NCBI GenBank assembly: GCA_963743305.1
Contig: CAVUPH010000033.1
Span: forward strand, 86,569 to 150,568
Length of the DNA stretch: 64,000 nucleotides
Direction of reading: 5' to 3'
DNA from: an uncultured delta proteobacterium
Lineage (GTDB): Bacteria > Desulfobacterota > RBG-13-43-22
Shown: positions 28,029 through 38,055 of the stretch, one piece after another
Position numbering within the stretch: position 1 is the stretch's first letter
Layout: each line of letters opens with the position of its first letter
Made by a program: the position numbers and the translations under genes
The notes under the pieces: model-generated
Told to the model about the DNA's origin: nothing
The model's input: the letters and a program-made list of their open reading frames with translations, nothing else
Database searches by the model: none

Positions 28029-30478
28029 CTTAATAATCCCTCACCCGTCTTTTTCTCTTTTTTTTCGGGGACCAGAACGGCCTTGGTTTTTTCAATTTCC
28101 TCCCGGGTCACCGTCCCGATAATTTCGTCTATTTCTTTGATCTTTTTGGAAAACTGAAGGCCCTCGGCCGCGCTGATCCAGGCCAGTTGGAGACGGTTCT
28201 GGTCCAGGCCCAGGCGCTCCATTTTTTTCCAGACCTTCTTCACCCGTTTTTCGGTCTGATGGTTCGCATGGATATAGTGGCAGTCCCCGATATGGCATCC
28301 GGAAACCAGAACGGCGGCCGCCCCCCGGCGAAAGGCGGTTTCAATAAATCGGGTGCTGATGCGACCGGAGCACATGGTGCGGATGATGCGCACCGACGGC
28401 GGATACTGCATGCGGCTGACGCCGGCAAAATCGGCGCCGGCGTAGGAGCACCAGTTACAGCAGAAGGCCACCGCCTTTTTCTCGGGATCTTCTTCGGTGA
28501 TGGCCTCGATCTGGGCCAGGATTTGCGCATCGGTAAAATGCCGCTGGCTGAGCGCCCCGAAAGGACACTCGGCCACGCAGGTCCCGCAGCCGGCGCAGGA
28601 GGCCTGGGTGACGGCCACGATTTTGGTTTCCGGGTCCTGGCGGATGGCGGAATAAGGGCAGACTTTGACGCACATCCCGCAGCCCTGGCACAGATCCTCA
28701 TCGACCTGGGCGGTAATGGCCTCCACCATGACCTTGCCTTGGGACATGAGAATGTTGGCCCGGGAAGCGGCGGCACAAGCTTGGGTGACGGAATCCTTGA
28801 TGTCCTTGGGGCCTTCGGCGCAACCGGCCAAAAAGATGCCGCCGGTGGGCGTGTCCACCGGCCGCAACTTGGGATGGGCCTCCAGAAAAAAACCGTCCGA
28901 ACCGGTGGACAGGTTCAAAAGCCGCTGGATAACCGGGCTGTCCTTGCGCGGTTCGATCCCTACGGAAAGTATAGCCAGGTCCGCTTCATAGCGGTAGAGC
29001 TGGGAAAGAAGGGTGTTCTCCCCGATGAGCGTCAGGTTATGCGATTCGGGGTCCTCGATGATTTCCCCGGGGACCCCCCGAATGAAGGAGATCCCCTCCC
29101 GGCGCGCCCGCTGAAATAAATCCTCAAAGCCTTTGCCGAAGGCCCGAATATCAATATAAAAAACGACGACCTTGGTTTCGGGCCAGTGTTCCTTGATCAG
29201 CAGGGCGTCCTTAATGGTGTTCATGCAGCAGATATTGCTGCAGTAGATATTGGAACGCTTGGAGCGGGAACCGATGCATTGCAGGAAAGCCACTGTCTTG
29301 GGGATCCGCCGGTCGGAGGGACGGATGAGATTACCCCCGGAAGGGCCCCCGGCGTTGATCAGCCGTTCGAACTCCAGGCTGGTGATGACATTGGGGAACT
29401 TCCGGTAACCGAATTCGGTCAGGGAAGTGGGGTCGTACACGTCCACGCCGGTGGCGACGATGATGGTGCCCACCTCCAGGTGCAGGATGCGGTCTTTATC
29501 GGCATAGTCGATGCACCGCTTTTGACAGGCCTGGGAACAACGGTCGCAGGCCACGATGCCGTGCTTATTCAGGCAGAGGTCCATGTCGATACGGAAAGTG
29601 GAAGGCACGGCCTGGGCAAAAGAGCGGTAGACGGCCCGGCGCATGGACAGACCGGCATTGAACTCATCCGGAGCCACCTGGGGGCAGACCTGAGTGCAAT
29701 CCCCGCAGGCGGTGCAGGAATCCTTGACGTAGCGGGCCTGCCGGCGGACCTGGACCTGAAAGTTGCCTATGTAGCCGTCCACCTGTTCCACGTCGCTCAA
29801 GGTCAACAGTTCGATATTGGGGTGGCGGCCGACCTCCGACATTTTGGGGGCCAGGATACAGATGGAGCAGTCCATGGTGGGGAAGGTCTTGTCGATCTGG
29901 GCCATGCGGCCGCCGATGCTGGATTCCTTTTCCACCAGATACACCTGATAACCGCTGTTGGCCAAATCCAGAGCCGCCTGGATCCCGGCCACTCCACCCC
30001 CGATCACCAGGGCCTTACGGTGCACCGGCACTTCCAGTTCCTGCTGGGGGGCCAGGAGCCGGGCCCGGGCCACCGCCATTTTGACCAAATCCTGCGCTTT
30101 GAGGGTCGCCCCTTCCTTGTCGTGGAGATGCACCCAGGAGCAGTGTTCCCGGATATTGGCCATTTCAAACAGGTAGGGATTCAAGCCGGCGTCCTGGCAG
30201 GCGGTTCGAAAGGTGGGTTCATGGAGGCGCGGCGTGCAAGAGGCCACCACCACCCGATTGAGCCGCTGTTCGCGGATATCCTGCTTGATTTCTTCCTGGC
30301 CCGGATCGGAGCAGGTGTATAAATTACTCTTGGAGAGAACCACGCCGGGCAGGGCGGCCGCGTATTCAGCCACTCGAGCACAGTCCACCACGGCGCCGAT
30401 ATTCAGGCCGCACTGGCAGACGTACACCCCGACCCGCGATTCTTCCTTGTCTTTTCTGTGAACTTTCTTGGCGGCCAA
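28025..30478 (-). CDS. hdrA: Heterodisulfide reductase subunit A fused to a C-terminal MvhD domain
   Basis: GVYVCQCG, NIREHCSW, GGGVAG and DKTFPTMDCSIC; ferredoxin inserts; C-terminal FCCNWCSY...MCSGR...GCHIGDCHY (MvhD). Confidence 0.92.
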   Translation of the reverse strand: MAAKKVHRKDKEESRVGVYVCQCGLNIGAVVDCARVAEYAAALPGVVLSKSNLYTCSDPGQEEIKQDIREQRLNRVVVASCTPRLHEPTFRTACQDAGLNPYLFEMANIREHCSWVHLHDKEGATLKAQDLVKMAVARARLLAPQQELEVPVHRKALVIGGGVAGIQAALDLANSGYQVYLVEKESSIGGRMAQIDKTFPTMDCSICILAPKMSEVGRHPNIELLTLSDVEQVDGYIGNFQVQVRRQARYVKDSCTACGDCTQVCPQVAPDEFNAGLSMRRAVYRSFAQAVPSTFRIDMDLCLNKHGIVACDRCSQACQKRCIDYADKDRILHLEVGTIIVATGVDVYDPTSLTEFGYRKFPNVITSLEFERLINAGGPSGGNLIRPSDRRIPKTVAFLQCIGSRSKRSNIYCSNICCMNTIKDALLIKEHWPETKVVVFYIDIRAFGKGFEDLFQRARREGISFIRGVPGEIIEDPESHNLTLIGENTLLSQLYRYEADLAILSVGIEPRKDSPVIQRLLNLSTGSDGFFLEAHPKLRPVDTPTGGIFLAGCAEGPKDIKDSVTQACAAASRANILMSQGKVMVEAITAQVDEDLCQGCGMCVKVCPYSAIRQDPETKIVAVTQASCAGCGTCVAECPFGALSQRHFTDAQILAQIEAITEEDPEKKAVAFCCNWCSYAGADFAGVSRMQYPPSVRIIRTMCSGRISTRFIETAFRRGAAAVLVSGCHIGDCHYIHANHQTEKRVKKVWKKMERLGLDQNRLQLAWISAAEGLQFSKKIKEIDEIIGTVTREEIEKTKAVLVPEKKEKKTGEGLLR

Positions 30479-30508
30479 CCCGGTAACTCCTTTAATAAAG
30501 CCTTGGTA

Positions 30509-31090
30509 TTAGCTGACTAGCGACTGAACGCCGCCGGCTGCAGTCAATTGTTTTCCGTAGGCATACCCTTTTTCGAAGGCCTTGAGGTTCAATTCCTCGG
30601 TTCCCCGGGGGATGGAATCGAAGAGGGCCTGTTTCATGGCTTCGTAGCCGACCACCTCGGTCACAGAGGTGATAAACCCCAGCATGACGATATTGGCCAC
30701 GATCTTCCGCCCCAGCTTTTCGGCAAACCGGGTGGCGGGGATTTTGAACAAGCGGGAGCCCTCCGGGGCCGAATCCAACTGGACCAGATCCTCATCGATC
30801 AGGACCGTGGAATGACCCGCTAACCCGCTTCCGTAGGTATTTTTGGCCTCCTCGGACATGAGGACCAGAATCTCCGGGTGGGTTACCCGAGGATAATGAA
30901 TCTCCCCCCGGGAGAGGACCACATCGGCGCTGCAGGCGCCTCCCCGGGCCTCCGGGCCGTAACTCTGGGTAAAAACCGCATTGAGGTGCTCGAACAAGGC
31001 GGCGGCCTTGCCCAGGACCTGGCCGGCCAGGACGATCCCCTGGCCGCCGAAGCCCGCCAGTCGGATTTCTGTTTTTGTATCGGTACTCAT
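30509..31090 (-). CDS. 2-oxoacid:ferredoxin oxidoreductase gamma subunit
   Basis: AGFGGQGI, QSYGPEARGG and NIVMLG motifs. Confidence 0.92.
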   Translation of the reverse strand: MSTDTKTEIRLAGFGGQGIVLAGQVLGKAAALFEHLNAVFTQSYGPEARGGACSADVVLSRGEIHYPRVTHPEILVLMSEEAKNTYGSGLAGHSTVLIDEDLVQLDSAPEGSRLFKIPATRFAEKLGRKIVANIVMLGFITSVTEVVGYEAMKQALFDSIPRGTEELNLKAFEKGYAYGKQLTAAGGVQSLVS

Positions 31091-31171
31091 TGGAATAAGT
31101 CGCCCGTAGTTAGGATCTATAATTCCGAAATTCGGCTTTGTCGGGTCTTACCAAAAGTCAAATAGTTGTGG

Positions 31172-32068
31172 TTAGATTTCCCGTTTAAATTTGCTTAAAA
31201 TATTTTCCTGGTAGAGTTCGTCAAAGGTCGGCCGGCTTTGATCAATAAATTTTCCGACGATGATTTTCCCCTTCAGGCTAATGTCCGCTTCACGGGGGTC
31301 CGTGTCGTTTTGAACCAGGCTGTTCTCCCGATAAAACTTCATTTCGTCCAGGCCGCTGCCCAGTTTGTTCGGTCGCCCGTAACCGATGGGGCAGGGGGAG
31401 ATGACTTCGATGAAGGTAAACCCCTTTTTAGTCAGGCTTTCCGCGATGGAGGTGACCAGATGCCGGGCATGAAAGGTGGTCCAGCGGGCCACGTATACCG
31501 CCCCGCTGGCATAAGCCAGAAAGGGCAGGTTGAAGGAATGCTCGAAATTGCCGTAGGGGGTGGTGGTGGTCCGGGCCGTCACCGGGGTCGTGGGGGCCGC
31601 CTGACCGCCGGTCATGCCGTAATTGAAATTATTGACGCAGATGATCTTCAGATTGATGTTTCGCCGGGCGGCATGAATGAAGTGATTGCCGCCGATGGCG
31701 AAGAGGTCCCCGTCACCGCTGAAAACCGTTACCGCCAGGTCCGGCCGAACCAGGGCCAGGCCGGTGGCGAAGGGGATGGCCCGCCCGTGGGTGGTGTGAT
31801 ACGTGTCCATATCCAGATAACCGGCCACCCGGCCCGTACAGCCGATTCCGGAAACCACCGCCGTCTGGTCCACCTGCAGGCCGGCCGTCTTCAGCCCGTT
31901 GATGTAGGTATTCAGGACCACCCCCAGCCCGCAGCCCGGACACCAGATATGGGGGATGCGGCCCGGCTTTAAATAGATATCGTCAGGATGGAAACCATGC
32001 TGCTCCTCCCTGAGGCGGCGGCTGGTCTGAGGGTCATAGGGGACTAGGGGTTGAAAGCGGATTTTCAT
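31172..32068 (-). CDS. korB: 2-oxoacid:ferredoxin oxidoreductase beta subunit (TPP-binding)
   Basis: WCPGCG, SGIGC, HGRA and GDGD...NN YGMTGGQ. Confidence 0.9.
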   Translation of the reverse strand: MKIRFQPLVPYDPQTSRRLREEQHGFHPDDIYLKPGRIPHIWCPGCGLGVVLNTYINGLKTAGLQVDQTAVVSGIGCTGRVAGYLDMDTYHTTHGRAIPFATGLALVRPDLAVTVFSGDGDLFAIGGNHFIHAARRNINLKIICVNNFNYGMTGGQAAPTTPVTARTTTTPYGNFEHSFNLPFLAYASGAVYVARWTTFHARHLVTSIAESLTKKGFTFIEVISPCPIGYGRPNKLGSGLDEMKFYRENSLVQNDTDPREADISLKGKIIVGKFIDQSRPTFDELYQENILSKFKREI

Positions 32069-33216
32069 ACCAGCGTTTCCTTAACGGCCTCGATGATCTC
32101 GGCGGGGGTGTGGATCGATCCGCCCATGAGAGGCAGCAGTATCGTTTCCGCCCGACCCTGGGCGCAGCGCTCCACCTCGTAGGCCATCTGGCCGTAATTG
32201 ATTTCCGGGACGATAAAGGCCTTGACCCGCGCGGAGATTTCTCTGATCTCTTCTTCCGGAAAGGGCCAGAGGGTGATGAGACGCAGCAGTCCGACTTTTT
32301 CTCCGGCCTGCCGGAGATCGGTAACCGCCTCCCGGGCGGCCCGGGCGGTACACCCATAGGCTACGACCACCACCTCGGCCTGCTCCAGGCCGAGGGCTTC
32401 GGTCTGGATGATCTTGGCCGCGTTCAGACGGATTTTATCCACCAGCCTCCGGACCAGGCGTTCATGGGTCGCCGCCGTAATGACCGGGTAACCCTGTTCG
32501 TCGTGGGTCAACCCGGTGACATGGACATGGTAGCCATCCCCGGCACAGGCCATGGAAGGAACCAGGTCCTCCCCGGCCAGAAAAGGGAGATAGCACTCCC
32601 GGGTCTGATCCGGACGTTGGCGGGCAACCAACTGAATCTGTTCCGCCGGCGGGATAATTACTTTTTCGCTCATGTGCCCCACCATCTCATCCCCCAAAAC
32701 AAAAACGGGCAAACGGTAGGTTTCCGACAGATTGAAGGCCGTAACGGTCAAATCAAACATTTCCTGAGGGGAGGAAGGGGAGAGGGCAATCACCCCATAG
32801 TCCCCATGCGAACCCCAGCGGGCCTGCATGACGTCCGCCTGGCCGACCAGGGTGGGCAACCCGGTGGAGGGACCGGCGCGCATAATATTCACTACCACAC
32901 AGGGAGTCTCGGTCATCATACCCAACCCGATATTTTCCATCATCAGGGAAAAACCCGGACCGGAGGTGGCGGTCATGGCCTTCACCCCGCCCCAGGAGGC
33001 CCCCAGGATGGCCGCCATGGAAGCGATTTCGTCTTCCATCTGGATGCACATCCCTTGCACCTGGGGGAGTCGCTTGGCCAGTCGTTCGGCGATTTCGGTG
33101 GCCGGGGTGATGGGATAACCGGCAAAAAAGCGACACCCGGCGGCGATGGCACCCTCGGCGCAGGCTTCATCGCCGTTGATAAAAAATTCACCTGTTAAGA
33201 ATCCTGGAATGGACAT
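32065..33216 (-). CDS. korA: 2-oxoacid:ferredoxin oxidoreductase alpha subunit
   Basis: GYPITPATE, QMEDEIAS, TSGPGFSLM and GPSTGLPT; start could be 33255. Confidence 0.9.
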   Translation of the reverse strand: MSIPGFLTGEFFINGDEACAEGAIAAGCRFFAGYPITPATEIAERLAKRLPQVQGMCIQMEDEIASMAAILGASWGGVKAMTATSGPGFSLMMENIGLGMMTETPCVVVNIMRAGPSTGLPTLVGQADVMQARWGSHGDYGVIALSPSSPQEMFDLTVTAFNLSETYRLPVFVLGDEMVGHMSEKVIIPPAEQIQLVARQRPDQTRECYLPFLAGEDLVPSMACAGDGYHVHVTGLTHDEQGYPVITAATHERLVRRLVDKIRLNAAKIIQTEALGLEQAEVVVVAYGCTARAAREAVTDLRQAGEKVGLLRLITLWPFPEEEIREISARVKAFIVPEINYGQMAYEVERCAQGRAETILLPLMGGSIHTPAEIIEAVKETLV

Positions 33217-33282
33217 GGTCCTGTTGCTTTCCCGATCTTCCGCTCCCGGGTTCAAAACGGGGGGAGATCCGCCGGAGGGGGG

Positions 33283-33594
33283 TTACACTCCGAATTTCTT
33301 GGAATAATTAATGATGTCCTCGGCGGTTAATTCTTTGTACTCTTTCAGCTCACTGTAGATGGCAAATTCCGGGCAGATTATTTCACAGAGGTTGCAATTT
33401 ACGCACTCCCCTTGCTTGGTGACCAAGGGGGGGTGATAGCCCTTTTTATTAAATTCGGAGGATTCCTTGAGGACCTGGTTCGGGCAGAACTCAATGCAAA
33501 AGTTGCACCCCTTGCAGCGGTCCTTGATAATATGCAATTCCCCGATCGGTATGGAGTGGGAAGAGGCATCTAATGGAAGTCTCCAAAATTTCAT
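33283..33594 (-). CDS. 2x[4Fe-4S] ferredoxin, delta subunit
   Basis: CKGCNFCIEFCP and CVNCNLCEIICP. Confidence 0.88.
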   Translation of the reverse strand: MKFWRLPLDASSHSIPIGELHIIKDRCKGCNFCIEFCPNQVLKESSEFNKKGYHPPLVTKQGECVNCNLCEIICPEFAIYSELKEYKELTAEDIINYSKKFGV

Positions 33595-33628
33595 CGTGTT
33601 ACCAATAAATAAGAAAATAAAGCTTTAC

Positions 33629-33657
33629 CTTGTAATAATTTCCGGCCTGTTTGTCAA
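33629..33657 (-). promoter_or_regulatory. Putative promoter of the kor-hdr operon
   Basis: TTGACA-17 nt-TACAAG. Confidence 0.45.
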
Positions 33658-33762
33658 TAAGAATCTCCGCGACTATTTTCCAGGCAAATCCTTCCGCCGG
33701 TGAAGGCCGAATCCCGCTAACCCGGAATCCCCGGCTGGGGGAGTCGATGCGAAAAGCAATAA

Positions 33763-34272
33763 TCAGCTCAGGGAGGATAGCAATTCGGACGCTCGATCCC
33801 GGACCTCCTCGTCCTCGGCCAGCGCGGACAGGGTGCGCAGCTTGCTTAGGAAGGCCTGCTGTTCCCGAGGGGAACGCGTGGGATGCTGTCGGGCCATCCG
33901 ATCGAGACTGCCGTTCGAAATAGCGGGGTCGGGAAAGTCCAGAAAAAGGAAGAGCAGGCCCCAGTCTCGGGGCAGGCCGTATTCTTTGACATACTCTTTG
34001 ACCAGGGGGGGGAATTTTTTGCCTCCGAAATTTTGGTGCAGGGCGTCCGCCAGCTTCTGATGGGCCGGGGTCCCTTGCTTGCCCTCAAAAACCTTATGCG
34101 CCTCCTGGAGCGCCCGCTGGCGCATCCGTTCCGCCCGGGGGCTTCCCGGTCGGACCGCCGGCCGCTCTCCTCGGGAGACGTGACGGCTGCCGTCCCGCCG
34201 CTGGTCGATTTCTCGCCAGGAGAGCCGCTCCCGTTCGGAGGAATCGTTATTTCGCGGGGTCACCCGGCTCAC
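33763..34272 (-). CDS. Hypothetical protein
   Basis: 169 aa ORF overlapping the pfkA stop; SWREID motif and helical C-terminus. Confidence 0.6.
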   Translation of the reverse strand: MSRVTPRNNDSSERERLSWREIDQRRDGSRHVSRGERPAVRPGSPRAERMRQRALQEAHKVFEGKQGTPAHQKLADALHQNFGGKKFPPLVKEYVKEYGLPRDWGLLFLFLDFPDPAISNGSLDRMARQHPTRSPREQQAFLSKLRTLSALAEDEEVRDRASELLSSLS

Positions 34273-35651
34273 CCTTCACTGGGCGGATGCCAGTCCGGCG
34301 TGTTCTTTAAAGGAGGCTGACCGGTGGATTCCAAAACGCTTAACCACATATTGCCCTCCAGGTCCACCTGCTTTCTGCGGGCCACCGCGGCCCGGATGGG
34401 AACGTGCACGTATTGGTTGTTCCAGAGGCTGACCAGCATATTGGTCTTGCCGGCCATCCCGGCATGGACCGCGTTTTGACCCAGGAAGCCGCAAAAGATC
34501 CGGTCGCTGGAATTGGCCGGCTGGCTGCGGACAATGTAACTGGGATCGATGTATTTCAGGTTGATTTCCAGATTCAGTCGGGCGAAGTGCGTTTTGATTT
34601 TATCGACTAGAAAAGGCCCGATATCGCCCAATTTGATGTTTCCCGAGGGGTCCCGCCGCAAGGGGTCGCCGGTAAAAAACTTTTGTCCGGCGCCTTCGGC
34701 CACCACGATCACCACATGTTTACGATCAGCCAGGCGTTTTTGAATCGCGGCCAGCAACCCCTCGGGACCCTCCAGGTCGAAATCGGTTTCGGGAATGATC
34801 ACTAAATTAGCTTCCCGGGAGGCCAGGGCGGCATGGGCGGCGATAAAGCCGGAGTTGCGCCCCATCAGCTTGACGATCCCGATTCCTTGGGGCGCCCCCA
34901 GGGATTCGATATGGGCGCTGCGGATGGTCCCGGCCGCGCTTTCCACGGCCGTGGCAAAACCGAAAGACTTTTCCACTAGGGAGATATCGTTGTCGATGGT
35001 CTTGGGGATGCCGATGACCGCCGTGACCAGGCCGCGTCGTTTGATTTCCCGAGAGATCAGATCGGCTCCCCGCAGGGTGCCGTCGCCGCCGATGGCAAAC
35101 AGGATGTTGACGTTAAGCTGCTGCAGGGAATCCACGATTTCCTCGATCGGATATTGGCCCCGGGAAGAAGACAGAATCGTTCCCCCCAGTTCGTGAATGG
35201 AGGAGACCCGCTCGGGATTCAAATCGATCACCGAGTGATTGTAGGCCGGGATGAAACCTTGATAGCCGTAGGGGATGCCGATAATATTTTGGACACCGTA
35301 GATATAATAGAGCTCCAGGACGATGGCTCGGATCACATCGTTCAGTCCGGGGCAGAGTCCGCCGGCGGTGACGATGGCACATTTGACCTGCTTGGGGTGA
35401 AAAAAAATCTTGTCTCGGGGGCCGGCCTTTTCGAAGGACAAAGGCGCCTCGCCCCGGCGAAAACAATCCAGAAAATACTGTTCGGATAGATCGATGACGA
35501 CCCGATCTTGGTCGCGGATATAGTTTTTGCAGATACGCTCGGGGTCCTGCAGCCCCTCATGGGAGAAGCAGCGGACCGGGGTTTCGGTTTTAGGCGCCCC
35601 GACGGTTTCAATCAGGACGTCTTCCTCCGTGAGACAATTGATAATATCCAT
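34269..35651 (-). CDS. pfkA: 6-phosphofructokinase (ATP-dependent, group II type)
   Basis: GGLCPGLN, IGGDGT, PKTIDND, MGRNSG and DPSYIVRS motifs. Confidence 0.92.
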   Translation of the reverse strand: MDIINCLTEEDVLIETVGAPKTETPVRCFSHEGLQDPERICKNYIRDQDRVVIDLSEQYFLDCFRRGEAPLSFEKAGPRDKIFFHPKQVKCAIVTAGGLCPGLNDVIRAIVLELYYIYGVQNIIGIPYGYQGFIPAYNHSVIDLNPERVSSIHELGGTILSSSRGQYPIEEIVDSLQQLNVNILFAIGGDGTLRGADLISREIKRRGLVTAVIGIPKTIDNDISLVEKSFGFATAVESAAGTIRSAHIESLGAPQGIGIVKLMGRNSGFIAAHAALASREANLVIIPETDFDLEGPEGLLAAIQKRLADRKHVVIVVAEGAGQKFFTGDPLRRDPSGNIKLGDIGPFLVDKIKTHFARLNLEINLKYIDPSYIVRSQPANSSDRIFCGFLGQNAVHAGMAGKTNMLVSLWNNQYVHVPIRAAVARRKQVDLEGNMWLSVLESTGQPPLKNTPDWHPPSEG

Positions 35652-35671
35652 GGCGGTCCTTTTCGAACGAG

Positions 35672-36649
35672 TTAGCGGAACTTAAACTCCCCCCGACCCA
35701 AAAGGTCATGGAGATGCAGTATCCCCAACACGCGCCGCCGATGGTCCACGATGGGCAGCGCCGTGATGAGATACGTTTCCATGAGCTCCAGGGCCTCGGA
35801 GGCCAGGGCTTCCGGGGAAAGGGTCTTCGGGTCTGCGGTCATGGCTTGGCCGGTCAGCGTTTCCAGAAGCGAAACCCGACGTTGGATCAGACGTCGCAGG
35901 TCCCCATCGGTCAATATCCCCCGCAGGATTTTTTCCTCGGTTTCCACCACCAGGGCGACGCCCAGGTCTTTACGGTCCATTTCCCGGATGGATTCCTCCA
36001 GCGGCTGGTCCGGAGAAACCAGGGGGATCCGATCTCCGGTCAGCATGACTTCCGCTACCCGGACGGTCAGGCGCTCCCCCAGTGTGCCGCCCGGGTGAAA
36101 GCGGCGGAAATCCTGATGATTGAACTGGCGTTGTTTGATCAGGGCCACGGCCAAGGCATCCCCCGCGGCCAAGGCCGCGGTGGTGCTGGCGGTAGGCACC
36201 ATTCCCCAGGGGCAGGCCTCTTTTTCCACGCCCACGTCAATGACGATATCGCTCTGCTTGGCCAGGGTGGATTCCGGGTTGCCGGTAAAGGCGATGCATT
36301 TAGCCCCGATCCGTCGAATGCTGGAGAGGATGAGGGTCAACTCCCCGGTTTCGCCGCTGTTGGAAAGGGCTAGAACGATATCCTTGGAGGTGACCATACC
36401 CAAATCCCCGTGCATGGCTTCCACCGGGTGCAGGAAGAGGGAAGGGGTGCCGGTGCTGTTCAGGGTGGCTACGATCTTACGGGCCACGATCCCGGATTTG
36501 CCGATTCCGGTGAGTATGACCCGGCCCTGGGAGCCGTAAATGAGGTCAACCGCCTCTTGAAATTCATTTCCCAGCTTGGGGATTAGATTTAGAATCCCTT
36601 GGGCTTCTATTTCCAGGACCTCTTTGACCGTCGCCAGAACGCTCATCAA
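35672..36649 (-). CDS. kdsD: Arabinose-5-phosphate isomerase (KpsF/GutQ family)
   Basis: GIGKSG, HGDLG and HPGGTLG; two CBS domains. Confidence 0.92.
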   Translation of the reverse strand: MMSVLATVKEVLEIEAQGILNLIPKLGNEFQEAVDLIYGSQGRVILTGIGKSGIVARKIVATLNSTGTPSLFLHPVEAMHGDLGMVTSKDIVLALSNSGETGELTLILSSIRRIGAKCIAFTGNPESTLAKQSDIVIDVGVEKEACPWGMVPTASTTAALAAGDALAVALIKQRQFNHQDFRRFHPGGTLGERLTVRVAEVMLTGDRIPLVSPDQPLEESIREMDRKDLGVALVVETEEKILRGILTDGDLRRLIQRRVSLLETLTGQAMTADPKTLSPEALASEALELMETYLITALPIVDHRRRVLGILHLHDLLGRGEFKFR

Positions 36650-38055
36650 ACGATTCGTTCCAGGCAGAGTTTGGAGAAGGCCTGATCGGGGGGTATCGGG
36701 TAACGGCCGTCAAAGCAGGCCAGGCAAAAGCTGGCAGCCGGAAGGCCGGTGGCCGAGATCATCCCTTCCAGGCTCAGGTACCCCAGACCGTCCAGCTCCA
36801 GAAATTTTTGGATCTCCGGTACGGAATGCTGACAGGCAATTAATTCCCCCTTGGTGGAAAAATCGATGCCGTAATAACAGGGGAAACGATGAGGGGGGCA
36901 ACTGACCAGCATGTGGATCTCGGTGGCCCCGGCGGATCGTATGGCCTGGACCCGGGTCCGGCTGGTGGTTCCTCGGATGATCGAGTCCTCGATGATCACC
37001 ACCCGTTTCCCTTTCAAAACGGATTTGACCGGGTTGAGTTTGACCCGAACGCCGAAATCCCGCATGGTTTGGGAAGGCTGGATGAAGGTCCGGCCGATGT
37101 AGTGATTCCGGATGACTCCCATTTCAAAGGGGATGCCGGAAGCCTCGGCATAGCCGAGGGCCGCGTAATTGCCGGAGTCCGGGAAGGGCATGGACAGGTC
37201 CGCTTCCAATTGAAATTCCTGGGCCATCATGCGGCCCAACCGTTTTCGAACCTGGTAGACATTCTGTCCGAAAATCAGGCTGTCCGGCCGGGCGAAGTAA
37301 ATGAATTCGAAGATACAAAAAGCCTTTCGCTCCTGGGGAAAGGGCTTGATGGAACGCAGGCCCTGGGCGTTGATAAAGACAATCTCGCCCGGTTCGATAT
37401 CGCGGACATACTGGGCCTCCACCAGATCCAGGGCGCAGGTTTCGGAGGCCAGGACATAAGCACCGTTTAAGCGGCCCAAACACAAGGGTCGAAAGCCGAA
37501 GGGGTCCCGCACCCCGATCAGTTGATCCTGGGTCAGCATCACCATGGAATAGGCCCCCTCGACCTGAGACAGGGCTTTGGTCAGGGCCGACTCCAAGCCG
37601 TTTTCCAGCGCGTGGGCGATGAGATGAATGAATATTTCGCTGTCCATGGTGGATTGAAAGATGGCTCCCCGTTTTTCCAATTCCTGGCGCAGGGTGTGGG
37701 CATTGGTCAGGTTGCCGTTATGCGCGATGGCCAGGGCCAGCCCCCCGTGGGAGACTAGAAAGGGCTGGGCATTTTTCAACATGGAAGAACCGGTGGTGGA
37801 GTAGCGTACATGGCCGATGGCCATATTCCCCTGAAGCCGGCTTAACTGCTGTTCGTTAAAGACATCCGGCACCAGACCCATGCCCTTGTGTTCCCGGACC
37901 CAGGTGCCGTCGGAGATGACGATGCCGGCACTCTCCTCCCCCCGGTGCTGCAGGGCGTACAGTCCGAAATAAGTCAACTTGGCGGCCTCCGGGTGTCCGA
38001 AGACCCCGAAAATGCCGCATTCTTCTTTGATCTCGCGGTTGGAAAAAAGGGCCAT
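36646..38055 (-). CDS. purF: Amidophosphoribosyltransferase
   Basis: EECGIFG, QHRG, HNGNL, FARPDS and DSIIRGTT. Confidence 0.97.
   Translation of the reverse strand: MALFSNREIKEECGIFGVFGHPEAAKLTYFGLYALQHRGEESAGIVISDGTWVREHKGMGLVPDVFNEQQLSRLQGNMAIGHVRYSTTGSSMLKNAQPFLVSHGGLALAIAHNGNLTNAHTLRQELEKRGAIFQSTMDSEIFIHLIAHALENGLESALTKALSQVEGAYSMVMLTQDQLIGVRDPFGFRPLCLGRLNGAYVLASETCALDLVEAQYVRDIEPGEIVFINAQGLRSIKPFPQERKAFCIFEFIYFARPDSLIFGQNVYQVRKRLGRMMAQEFQLEADLSMPFPDSGNYAALGYAEASGIPFEMGVIRNHYIGRTFIQPSQTMRDFGVRVKLNPVKSVLKGKRVVIIEDSIIRGTTSRTRVQAIRSAGATEIHMLVSCPPHRFPCYYGIDFSTKGELIACQHSVPEIQKFLELDGLGYLSLEGMISATGLPAASFCLACFDGRYPIPPDQAFSKLCLERIV

Noticed and set aside
28025-30478. Selenocysteine in HdrA/MvhD
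   Set aside because: The ORF is uninterrupted; the positions that can be Sec are Cys here.
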